The notes below the pieces were generated by a model. That model was not told the origin of the DNA. It searched no databases and was given only the letters and a program-made list of their open reading frames with translations. A stretch of DNA of 64,000 bases, from assembly GCA_030770535.1 (NCBI GenBank), contig JASVEC010000010.1:930001-994000 (forward strand), read 5' to 3'. Positions 1-10,927 of this stretch are shown piece after piece (positions within the stretch are counted from its first letter, which is position 1; every line of letters begins with the position of its first letter). The stretch comes from Batkoa obscura. Lineage: Eukaryota. Position numbers and translations under genes: made by a program.

Positions 1-285
1 GATACGCTTATCATGGCGAAATTTTTTCGAAGACATATCACCATGGTCTTTAATGATTTTTCTAACGTGCTCCGGTGGCATTTTTTGCTTTTCTTGTTCA
101 GCGAACCCGAATTTTCTTTTGTCGCCATAACGTTTTGAGTTCATTTGTTGCCATCTCTTAGCCTTCTCTTTGATTTTTTCGAGAAATCTAGCATTTTGAG
201 GATCTAAAAGGTTATCCTCAGAAGCAGAAACTTGATAAGGATAATAATTTGAATTATTAGGAGCAGAATCTCCCTGTTCAGTCAT
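1..285 (-). CDS. PRP8: Pre-mRNA splicing factor Prp8, N-terminal part (runs off the window edge)
   Basis: Manual translation from ATG at 285: ...[60 protein letters not shown], the highly conserved Prp8 N-terminus. Not in the ORF track. Confidence 0.96.
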   Translation of the reverse strand, partial: MTEQGDSAPNNSNYYPYQVSASEDNLLDPQNARFLEKIKEKAKRWQQMNSKRYGDKRKFGFAEQEKQKMPPEHVRKIIKDHGDMSSKKFRHDKRI

Positions 286-1297
286 CTTTAAATTGAACAA
301 ATCGGAGATTGATAAAAAAGTGAGTTAAATTTCTTAGATTATTTAAAATATAACTTTTAAATAAAAAAGTTAGTTCAATTCAATCCAAGTTGAAGTTGGT
401 TTAAACATCCACGAAATCTGAGATACTTATGAGACAAATCCTAGCTTCCAGTTATTTGATTGGATGCTAATTGCGCATTCCAATCCAAAAAGAACAAAAT
501 CCTACTATATAGACAAAAAGTTTAGAGTAACAGATGCTCTCTACATTTTGCTCAAAACTGCGAAATGTGCATTTGCATTTGACTAACTAACTTCTATTTT
601 GCAATTAGTTTTAGGACCAAACATTCTTTCAAAAGTAGCAATTCGAGCTGTGAGCGTTGTTTTTGGTTGAAATAATGAAACTATTAAATTAGAACTTAAT
701 AACGATACATGTTATATTACTTTCTTAATAAATTAGAGAATAATCATTATTTTAAAGTTATAATCCTTGATTTAATCCTTGATTGTCTTTTTATATAATA
801 TTCAATAGGTTATTTTTTTATATTATAATATGTTATTAGATAAACCAAATTGAGCTATTATTTTTAGGACTAACACAACTAATTGATCAATCACAATATT
901 AAGAAATTTTGAACACAAACTTAGTTTATTTAATAAGCTTAAAAATTACTGATCTAGTTACAATCTAAAAATAAATAATCCCCAAGACATTATCTACAAT
1001 AACGCTCTCTTCATCTTGATGCTACAACCATATCTGATTGATAGTAAATAACGATATTAATTTTGTTCTTTAGCAACTTAAAAACTTTCAATTCAAACAA
1101 GTAATTTTTATATTAAAATTTTTATTAGAGAAGGAAACAAAATTGAAAACTTGGGCAGGTCAATTGAATTCTAAATTCAATTTCAATAACATAATAATAC
1201 TTTAAACTTCATAAGAAAGCTAAGAGTAATGAGCTGTTCATCATAAAATTATTGCATGGTCAATAACCTTTGTACCAATAGCTTAATAATTCTTACT

Positions 1298-2482
1298 TTA
1301 TGGGTTACGTAAATAGCTATGGTGTTCATGTTGAGATCCATAAACGACAGAATCATGTTTAGGATAAGTTAAATAATCGTTAATAGGGGGAAGATAATGT
1401 TTCGAACTTCCATTCTGCATACTACTGCTTACCATCAGTGGTGGTGTTTTTGGGTCTTTGGATCCAACAGCCTGTCTTGAGGTTCCACAACAATTACTCA
1501 GATGAACTGTTGGTGCATGACAGCTCGTATTTTCTGGTGACTGAGTGGAAGTTAAAAATGATTTTGAGCTATCAAATGAGTGGGAGTTACTAGTATATTT
1601 TCCATGATAGTCACGCTTAGTACCGTAGTAAGGAAGTCCTTGATCGATTGGCTGTGTGCTATTTAAGTTGATCAGCTCAGGTCTTAAAGATGGAGCAGAA
1701 TAAGAGTTCTCTCTACTTCTAGTGGCCCCATGCCTTATCCTATACTCTGGTGGGTTTCTGGAATGACTATAAATAGGCTCGAAGGATGCAGTGTTATTTA
1801 TAAGGTCTTGAGTGTCATATAGAAGTTCATTAGCTAATTTTCTTCTACGACTTGCTCTGTCATCATAGTCATTTAAAGTATCTTGCAACATGTATTGAAA
1901 AGAAGATATCAGTTTCATTGCATTTTTTTGAAACTTTATATTTTGTTCAAATTGTTGTTGCAATTTAATAATAGTTTCATTCTGGGAAAATACTATTCTT
2001 TCCAAATCTTCTATTTTACGGGTTAACTGTTCGGAGGTTCCAATTGAAGGTCTAGTTTCGGGCATATAACTTTGAGATAGATCTTCACCGATTGGAGTAC
2101 TGTCCTTGTTTTTTTCTTCTTTGGATGGCGGGCGGTAAGCCTTTCTTCTTATTTTAACAAAGAGTTCAGGGGTATCACGTTGAAAATCTGGATGCTTAAA
2201 ATCCCATGAACAGGTAGTAGATGACAAATGGAAAGCGTCAGAAAGTTTAGTAAAGCCATACATATTAAGCTGACGAACGAAACTTTGCCAGTTCCCATGC
2301 TTAAAGTAGTTGGGTAACACCTTACTGCAAAATTGACTCAAATCTTTAACACCAAATGACTTGCCATCATCGCTCCAGCATATTAAATTATGATTGCTAC
2401 TGTTTTGTAAGATGGTGTATAGTTTTTCAACAAAGGTAGGGACAGTATAATTGTCTTGGGAATTGGATTGCTTTTCTTTCAT
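1298..2482 (-). CDS. HSF-type DNA-binding transcription factor
   Basis: PTFVEKLY..., ICWSDDGKSF, VLPNYFKHGNWQSFVRQLNMYGF and WDFKHPDFQR form the HSF winged-helix domain, followed by a coiled-coil segment. Intronless, 394 aa. Confidence 0.93.
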   Translation of the reverse strand: MKEKQSNSQDNYTVPTFVEKLYTILQNSSNHNLICWSDDGKSFGVKDLSQFCSKVLPNYFKHGNWQSFVRQLNMYGFTKLSDAFHLSSTTCSWDFKHPDFQRDTPELFVKIRRKAYRPPSKEEKNKDSTPIGEDLSQSYMPETRPSIGTSEQLTRKIEDLERIVFSQNETIIKLQQQFEQNIKFQKNAMKLISSFQYMLQDTLNDYDDRASRRRKLANELLYDTQDLINNTASFEPIYSHSRNPPEYRIRHGATRSRENSYSAPSLRPELINLNSTQPIDQGLPYYGTKRDYHGKYTSNSHSFDSSKSFLTSTQSPENTSCHAPTVHLSNCCGTSRQAVGSKDPKTPPLMVSSSMQNGSSKHYLPPINDYLTYPKHDSVVYGSQHEHHSYLRNP

Positions 2483-3815
2483 TTTAAAATTTAAAAAATA
2501 ACTAAAAACTTAAGAAGCTTCAATATAAAAATGAGTTATTTTTTAAGTTTCTAGAAGAGTCAATCATTCTGAACCAATGTTTAGCTAATTGGTTGACACG
2601 GAACCTTCCCTCCTTTATTAGTAATCTTCGTTTCTAATTTGCTCAATTTTTTCTAACAACATGCAATAGCAATATTCCCTCAATTATAGAATAACAATGA
2701 TTTTCTAGAAGGAATCATTTAAGGAATCATGATTTAATAGCCTTATTTCTCTAACTTATTCTTTTGATATTTCCTCAGAATAGAATTATTTGATCCAATT
2801 AGATATGGTATAACCACCTTTGTATTTTTTAATTGGCAGTTTAATAATGATTTTAACTTTTAATTAATAACTGTGGTTATTAATTTATATAAATATTAAG
2901 AAAAGAATAAATCAAATGGAAGTAATGGTCGAAGGCATTATCCATTTTTAAGTTCTTTATTTTTAAATAAAACATAATATATAAGCCAACAAAGGAGCCA
3001 TTTATTCAAATAAAAGTAAGCAAAGGAGATGTAACAACAAAAAGATTCGAAAATGAGATGATAATGCTATTGGATGGAATGATATTGAAGATCAACTGGT
3101 GACTTGACAACAGAACATTTTATGTTATTTATTCTATTTTTAGATTGTCTGAGTAGAAAGAATCAACCATTTAATAAAAATTTTAAAATCAATAAACAAT
3201 AAAAAATGATGCTTAAGATTATTACAAGATTCAATACATCAAAATGATTTAAATGATATTTTTGGAATAAAGTTTTAGTAAACCTGTTTGTTTAATTTGT
3301 CTATTAGATTTAAATTAAAGATTGTTATATAATTTTAGATGAAAATATTATTTGTGAGACACTGTTTTAATCAAAACTTTTGTCTGCTTTTTAACCTTGG
3401 CAGGTTTGGGATCTTAATTAGATAATAGTGATTTTACAAGCTTTAAATTTGAGGAAAATAAAACATCTTTGGAATAAGTTTATCTAACTGGAGTGTCTAG
3501 TCATGCAGGTAAGTTATACAATTTAAGAAATTGACTGTTTTTAATATTATTAGTTTTATTCTACGAATAAATCGAATTTCACCCAATTTTCAGTATAAAA
3601 TATTGTGCAATGATAAATTCTCTATTTGATAAATTAATTATTTTTATAATATAAATATTATTATGTCAATATGAGAAAATATTAAAATATAACTTTTGAA
3701 TTCCTTATTTGGACTTATATCAATAAAATAGCTTTTCAATATTATTTTTTCACTTGTTCAAGTTTATGCTAATTTACTATATTAAATTATATTGTAAAAC
3801 GTCCAAAAACGATAT

Positions 3816-3909
3816 TGGGGTGTTTTTTATTTCATCACTTTTTCCATTTTTTAAGTACTATTTGAGCAGAAAATTTGTTGGTAAAATTCTTAAATACAAA
3901 TACGTCCCC
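3816..3909. mobile_element. ~97-bp GGGGATG-TIR MITE, copy 1
   Basis: Matches the family consensus; flanked by ATAT/ATAT. Confidence 0.85.
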
Positions 3910-4630
3910 ATATCTTATTTTATTTTAAATATTGGCTATGATATTATTAAGTATAAAAATTGTCTTCTAAACTACTTTAACTAGGAGTATTTGGATATCA
4001 TTAAATATTAAATGAAAGGAATTTTATTATCAACTTTATTATAAAAACTATAAAAAGTATTACTCGTACTTAATTCCCCTGCTAGTAGCCAATCAATGTA
4101 AAATACTCAGTTTAAAAACCAAAGCTTCTAGTATTTGTTACGAAAAGTGATGGTGCCAGTCTGCCAAACAGCTCCACTTTCAACCTGCCTCTAATTAGTT
4201 GAATGCTTGTGAAGGACTCACTTTAATGTCAAAGGCCTCTACCGAGTTATGTTTAATTATTTTTAACTTTAACTTTCATTATGAGTTTACTTTTGACTAA
4301 TATGAAGTATATTGACATTTTAATATAAACAGTAAAAGACTAATTTTTTCTTGTGAGAGTTTAATAGTACAAATGAGAGTAGTAATCAATTTGGTTGATA
4401 AGTATAAGCCTCTAAATTACATATGTAAGGACATTATTATAAAATGGTTGAATGTTACCAATCGATTAACAAAGAATATAGCGTTTTCCTAATTTACTAC
4501 CTACGTTGTTTTTTTCATGATGATATTATCTTGGTATCAGCTATAGTGTACTTATAAAGAAATATCCGAATTTTAAGCTTAAAAAAGTCATTTTATCCAA
4601 AATGGAATAAATACGATTACATTATGATAT

Positions 4631-4690
4631 TGGGATGTATTTCTTTGTTTAAAAATTTTACTAACAATCTTTCCACTCAAATACATCCTC
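4631..4690. mobile_element. MITE copy 2 (internally deleted)
   Basis: Both termini present but ~40 bp of the interior is missing; ATAT on both sides. Confidence 0.75.
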
Positions 4691-4833
4691 ATATATTAAG
4701 TGGAAATAGTAAATATAAGTATTATAAAAATCTTTTTTCTTTTTTGAAATAGTTAGAATAATTAAATCATTTTAATCGTTTAATTAATTTGTATTAATAG
4801 CATTAAATTGAATTGACTAAACTTGAATGACTA

Positions 4834-4903
4834 TAAAATAAAAAATAAAAATAAAAATAAAAAATAAAATAAAAATAAAAAATAAAATAAAAATAAAATA
4901 AAA
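4834..4903. repeat. (TAAAA/TAAAAA)n microsatellite
   Basis: Seen directly; lies downstream of the 4969-5883 receptor gene. Confidence 0.85.
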
Positions 4904-4968
4904 ACAAATAATATATTGTATAACCAAAAATTAAATAAATAATTTATTTTTTTATTGCATCAAATTAA

Positions 4969-5883
4969 TTAAAACGGAAGTCTATGTCTAATTTTGCGGA
5001 ACAATAATCTTAATTCCTTATTAATAGCAGTATGCATCGTTAATACTAATAATGAATTAAGTAAGATACCTGTAGTGGCTAATAAAGTAGCAGCTGAACT
5101 AACACCAATGATAGTCGAATCATTAAATGGAGTAAATAAACTTAAGCTACTTTCAGTCAAATAAAAGACCATAGCACTAAACATACACATAGCGTACAAT
5201 AGAATTAATAATATAATTCTATAAAATGCTAACTTTAAATTTAGTCTTTTTTTATTAGAATTATTGGTATCTGATTGAGTTGTATTACCTCCAATCGGTA
5301 TAAATTTATCTAACTTATAAGTATAGATCGCTAGCTTCGAATAACAATAAATGATAGTTATAGCACTTATTAAAGTGATGGTCATAAAATAATAAAAAGT
5401 GATTGTTGAAACGGTAGACTTAAATGGAAATATAAAGCATATAATACCACTTGCATTGGGTATAAATTCCATTGAGAATGCTAAATAGCTTGATAATCCA
5501 ATATAAAGTAAAGACAACATAATTACAATAAGGATCAAATAATTATTATAATGAAATTTCATGATATTAGAGTAACGTTCAATAGCCAATAAAGCATTAA
5601 AAATAATTTGTAGAAATAAAACAAGTACTGAAAAGAAGCCTAAATATTGACATAAATTGGGAGTTAAAATAGCATCATTATCATGCATCGTTGTTATAAT
5701 AACATCTGTGACCCCAACAAATGGAGCTATTAACTCAATGATTGCTATTACTTGAATATACTTAATATCTCGCGTTATTGGTCGTACTTTGACTGATAGG
5801 TGTAATAATAAGATATCTAAAATTGCCGACATTACAGTTATACCTACAGCTACAAATCCAGCTGGGTTTAAGTTCGGCATCAT
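4969..5883 (-). CDS. Class-A (rhodopsin-like) 7TM receptor, paralog 1 (intact)
   Basis: Seven hydrophobic segments, Cys at the top of TM3 (LCQYLGF), DRY-like LAIERY, ECL2 Cys (GIIC), TM5 CY, TM7 LNS. Intronless. Confidence 0.85.
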   Translation of the reverse strand: MMPNLNPAGFVAVGITVMSAILDILLLHLSVKVRPITRDIKYIQVIAIIELIAPFVGVTDVIITTMHDNDAILTPNLCQYLGFFSVLVLFLQIIFNALLAIERYSNIMKFHYNNYLILIVIMLSLLYIGLSSYLAFSMEFIPNASGIICFIFPFKSTVSTITFYYFMTITLISAITIIYCYSKLAIYTYKLDKFIPIGGNTTQSDTNNSNKKRLNLKLAFYRIILLILLYAMCMFSAMVFYLTESSLSLFTPFNDSTIIGVSSAATLLATTGILLNSLLVLTMHTAINKELRLLFRKIRHRLPF

Positions 5884-7532
5884 ACTCTTTTATTGTTAGT
5901 ATATTATTATTGAATAAAATAAAATCAATTTTAAATCGATAAAGAAAAATCATTCTTTTTATTATTGAGTTTACTTAGCTACCATTAAATTTATCTATGC
6001 CACCTTGCTTTGTTTTAAACTATTCTTTATTTATTTATGGTAATTATATAATTTTCATTTTGTTTATATGGATTATCGTAACTATTATATATTTTTAAGT
6101 GGCTGAGGTTTTGAGAATAATAAATATTGGAAACAAATAGTATTAAAAGCCTAACTTTTGCTTTTTTGTATATCCACTTGTTTTTTTATTGGGTTTTTTT
6201 TATGCCTAAGACCAAACATATTATACTATTTATTGAATTTAGACTAAATGTATTATTTTAATAAATTAATAATAAATAATATATTGACTATAACCAAGTT
6301 TAAACCTTATTTATTTATTTGTATATATTATAAATGTTTCAAAGCATTCAAAATAAATATCAGCTTCAATAAATACTACATATCTATCCTTTATAGTAAT
6401 TTGCTAGTTATTTTAAAATATAGAAAATTATTATTCTCAAAATAAATACACCATATTTTGGTGTGCTCTTATAAAAAAAACGGCTTTTATTAAGTTGGTT
6501 TTTATATGCTAGCGCTTTTCCATACATATATTAAATAAGTGTTACTGGTTCCAGTAGTATATGTCTTTGACGTCTAGGAACAGTATTGATTTTAGTGTCA
6601 ATTTCTTCAACTGTTTTAATAGCTATTTGATTCTTTTTGATCACCTTTTTACTTGCATGAAGATTCCTAAAACATGAAAATCAAGCCAATATTAAAAAAC
6701 ATGAAATCATATCCAATCAAAAGATTCCAACTATTGAGCTACTTATAACCCAAATGAAGAAAACAGTGAATGTCTCATAAAACCTTGTCAGTTTTATTTT
6801 CGACAATAACATTTTTATCTTAATATAAGCATATTATCAAGGAATTTTTAAGTTAATGCTATAGCTAAAACAAGTTACAAATTGTAGAGTGTAATTAATT
6901 ATGTTGGATGACAAGCCTTTTTTAAGTTTCTCTAGCTCTTAAGATTTACTAAAATTTAAAATAATGCAGTTTTAAATTCATTTGTTAAAACTTTCAATCT
7001 TAAATTCAAGGTATAGAGTATATCTCACTCATTTTAAATTATTTAAAAGAAAATTAAGCATAAATACTACAAAAATAAGAGTGTCTATTCTTCTGCTAAA
7101 AATATTAAATAATTTGAAACCAGATAGAAAATGAAGTAATGAAATAATAACAAAGCCTCTTCCTTAATTTTCTCAATTTTTCACTATTTTATATATATTC
7201 ATAGAAGAATTGAATTTTAGGCTAAAATTATCTGAAAGTCATTGATTGCAATATTAAACATTTTTTATACCTGAAAGTGAGAGAATTTTTCGATAAAAAA
7301 GAAAACTATAGAAGTTCCCATACCCTTGTGCAAACGGATTTGCCCAAAAAGCTAGTTTACTTTATAAATTACCTTACAAACCTTGAAAAATTAAACCTAA
7401 GAAAGTGGGAAGTAATCTTTTTGAATTTTAAATATGGTTAAGTTCAAAAACCAAGTTAAGTAACTGACCTTATAGATAAAATGTTATGGATTTGTAATAA
7501 TCTACTATTTCTATTTATATCAAATAATATTT

Positions 7533-7630
7533 GTGAGTGTTTTTTTTGACTTCATTGTTTTTTCCATTTTTAAGCGCTATTTAAACAGAAAAATTGTTAG
7601 TAAAATTCTTAAACACAAAAATACATCCTC
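7533..7630. mobile_element. MITE copy 3
   Basis: Consensus match; ATTT/ATTT 4-bp TSD. Confidence 0.85.
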
Positions 7631-7770
7631 ATTTATTTATATAATGTTTCAGATGATAATCATCTTGAATTACATACCTTTTGATAATTTATATTATAGA
7701 ACTTAAATTTAAATTGTTAGATTTGTCAGATTAATTTAATCAACTATACTACTAATATATATAAATACAT

Positions 7771-7863
7771 GGAGATATATCTTTGTTTAAGAATTTTACC
7801 AACTTTTCTACTCAAATAGCACTTATAAATAGAAAAAGTAATGAAGCCAAAAAAAACAGCTCC
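7771..7863. mobile_element. MITE copy 4 (opposite orientation to copy 3)
   Basis: Consensus match; flanks ACAT/ACTT (one mismatch). Confidence 0.8.
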
Positions 7864-8191
7864 ACTTATTAAATTTAGGGCTTATTATTATTGTTTCTAT
7901 CATAGAAATTGGTACATAAATAAAGAACGAGATCATGATATTATTATTAAAAGATTTAAACCTCAAGTTATAAATAATATACAGAGCTGTGAAATTTATT
8001 TACTTTATCGCCATTACTATTACTTCTGTTACCACTTGAGGTTATGGTTATCCTGAAAAATATAAATACATTGCTTCTCATGTAACTAGGACCATTATCA
8101 TTTACACTACGACTACTCTTCGTTTACTATGTCCTACTTCTCCACATTTTTAACTTGTCAAAGTACTAGAACAAAAACAAAGAATTCATAT

Positions 8192-8290
8192 GGAGGTGTT
8201 TTTTTTTGACTTTATCACTTTTTCCATTTTTAAGCACTATTTGAGTGGGAAAATTTGCTAGTGAAATCCTTAAACATAAAATACATCCCC
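8192..8290. mobile_element. MITE copy 5
   Basis: Consensus match; ATAT/ATAT TSD. Confidence 0.88.
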
Positions 8291-8479
8291 ATATTTTAAA
8301 TATCAAAATTTTATCCCTTTGCATTATTAATTAAATACTTAATGATAATCAATCAAGTTTATATATGATATTGATTATAGATAGTGTTTTCTTTAAAAAT
8401 GAACAAAGAACTATTATAAATATCGGAAAATAATGGAATTTTTAGATCATCAAAAATAGTAATAATAAAATTCAATATT

Positions 8480-8577
8480 GGGGATGTTTTTTTTGATTTC
8501 ATTATTTTTCCATTTTTTAAGCGCTATTTGAGTAGAAAGGTTGTTAGTAAAATTCTTAAACACAAAAAAACATCCCC
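8480..8577. mobile_element. MITE copy 6
   Basis: GGGGATGTTTTT...AAAAACATCCCC termini; TSD ambiguous. Confidence 0.85.
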
Positions 8578-9467
8578 ATTGTAGTTAAGATAGTTTAAAA
8601 GATAATAGAATTTTAACGTACTTTATTTAACAATATTCCTTTTTAAAGTAATCGGGTTTTTTAACTGTTTTTGTTGAATAATAGTATTGGTTTTCATTAA
8701 AATAAAGGTAGTGTTGTTGAAGATAGATGTAGCATAGTGATTCCTATGCTACATCCTTCTGATTAAGGTATAAATGGGTTTTTTGTAATGCATGTGAGAG
8801 AACTATAGGTAATGTTATATCTTATTCTTAATTTAGATAAAAATCAGATGAATTGTCAAGTAATAGTTTTCATAACTTAAAATGACACAATCAATAAGAA
8901 CTACAGTCCCAGTCCTAGTTTAGGTAAAAGGTTCTATTGAAGTAGACACAATAGCTTTTTAGTATTCCAGGAAAAATAACTTGGAATCATTAGATTAAAC
9001 TAATTTAGTTATTTATTATGATTAATATGAAGACGATTATTTATATTTGACGACCTGATATATAATCAATAGAATCTTGTAAGTTTTCAAAATGTATAAC
9101 TAAAATAAATATGTATTTTTAATGAATTAAAAAAGATGAAAATTAGGCTGATATTATAAGGTATAAAATTAGACTGCATCTTATTTATATTAGATATTAG
9201 TAAATAACTATTTGTTAGAATAAAAATAGGCCTAATAATACAATAAATTATACATATAGTAGAACAATTTAGTCTAGAATTTGGTGAAATTTCAATCTAT
9301 AAATAAACAAAAAAACACCATTAACTTTTAGTAGCTCGAAAACGGGCATTTTGCTGTTATTTATTATTATTAGAATAAACATCAACTATACTATTGATCA
9401 TTCTTCTTAATCTATTCTTCAATCCAATAACTAATTATTAACTAGATTGAAATAAATGATATTATCA

Positions 9468-10373
9468 TTATCTCCTCCTTCTAAATATTCTTTTAAACAA
9501 CTCTTTAAGTTGATTATTAATAATTGAATGCGTAGATATAACTAATAGTGAATTAAACAAAAACCCAAATGCAATAAAGATGACACCAGCAGTACCAAAG
9601 ATATAATTTAACTTTAAATCTTTTTTTTCATAAAAAAAACAAGCATCGAGTAATACAAAACAAGCCCCTAAAAATACTGAAATAGAATAAGAGATTAATA
9701 TACCATGAATTTTCAATTGAACTAGTTTTTGACTCCAAGGTCGTTGAATTTTATCTTTTGGTAAGCTAAAGTCTGAGCTGTTTTCCATCTCTATAAATTG
9801 AGTTAGTTGACTTGTATAAAGAGCTAATTTGATATAACAGGTAGTGATTATAATTAAGCTCACTAACGTTGAAATAATAAAATGATAAAAAGTAATTGCA
9901 GATAATATCGATTGATTAGGATAAATCATACAAATAACTTTTGCTGGTTGAATGATAAAATGATGTTGATAGGCCAATATTATAGTTAAAGTTAAGTGAA
10001 TTAATATTGATAGTATTCCAACTAGAAAATAATACTTTCGATAATCTAATTTACATACTTTAGCCAATCTTTCTAAAGCTAAAAAAGTGGATACAATCAG
10101 TTGAGATAAAGCTAATAACATAGTAAAAAACCCTAAATATTGGCAGATTGCTGGGTCATTGAAAGCATCATCATCTTTTATTATGCTTAAAATAGGATCA
10201 GAGATAGCCACTAAAGGTAACATCAGTTCTATACTTGCTATTGATAATATCAATTTTATATCAGTTGAGTAATTCTTGACTTTCACAGATAAGTAAATAA
10301 GTAATATGTTAACAATAGCTGAGATTAATCCAATAATATTGGCCACATAGCCAAATGGGTTTTCGTTGATCAT
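9468..10373 (-). CDS. Class-A-like 7TM receptor, paralog 2 (intact)
   Basis: Same motif set as paralog 1 (ICQYLGF, LALERL, KVIC, TCY, FNS). 301 aa, intronless. Confidence 0.85.
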   Translation of the reverse strand: MINENPFGYVANIIGLISAIVNILLIYLSVKVKNYSTDIKLILSIASIELMLPLVAISDPILSIIKDDDAFNDPAICQYLGFFTMLLALSQLIVSTFLALERLAKVCKLDYRKYYFLVGILSILIHLTLTIILAYQHHFIIQPAKVICMIYPNQSILSAITFYHFIISTLVSLIIITTCYIKLALYTSQLTQFIEMENSSDFSLPKDKIQRPWSQKLVQLKIHGILISYSISVFLGACFVLLDACFFYEKKDLKLNYIFGTAGVIFIAFGFLFNSLLVISTHSIINNQLKELFKRIFRRRR

Positions 10374-10927
10374 TAAGTAGTTAGGTTAAAAATGAAAATG
10401 CAAGTTGTAAGAAATAAAAAATAAAAAATAAAAAATAAAAAATAAAAAATAAAATAGTTTACTTTATATCATTAATAGTAACATTTACTAAATAACTTAA
10501 TTGAAATTCAATTAAATCTTTTCCATATTTAGTAAATACATTTTGATTTTATTTTTTGATTTTAGAAGCTTATTTATTAATTTATTTATTAGTTTACAAT
10601 TTAAATCTTGCATTTTTTTCTGAAATTATCTTACTGACTTAAGTGATATGAATATTAAATAATTTAATTAATTTATTAGTTAATTTGATTAGAAAATACT
10701 TTTCTTTCTAAAAGTAACATTTCGATTTGTAATTTGCCAGTTTGAAACTTAACACACATTTAATAAAATATCAATCATTAAACAAATTAATAGAAAATTC
10801 TATTAAAAAAAGTTAATTATAACTTAACATCGATAGTATTTTATTCTATAGATTATAAATAATTAGTCAAATTATGCATTGCTTCACACCACAAAACAAT
10901 TCAATTTCATAGACTCTGTAACTTCTA

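Noticed and set aside
2549..2716. TTCTAGAA sites upstream of the HSF gene as autoregulatory heat-shock elements
   Set aside because: Only two nGAAn units each; expected by chance in AT-rich DNA.
3754..8056. Short ORFs 3754-3984, 5762-5953, 6248-6445 and 7841-8056
   Set aside because: AT-rich chance ORFs, MITE-derived or overlapping the receptor gene; no recognisable motifs.
7533..8577. Four clustered repeats as a CRISPR-like array
   Set aside because: Eukaryotic context, ~97-bp units, mixed orientation, irregular spacing and individual TSDs show that these are MITEs.
4969..10373. 7TM proteins as light-sensing opsins
   Set aside because: TM7 has Thr/Ala/Val rather than the Schiff-base Lys six residues before the conserved Asn.
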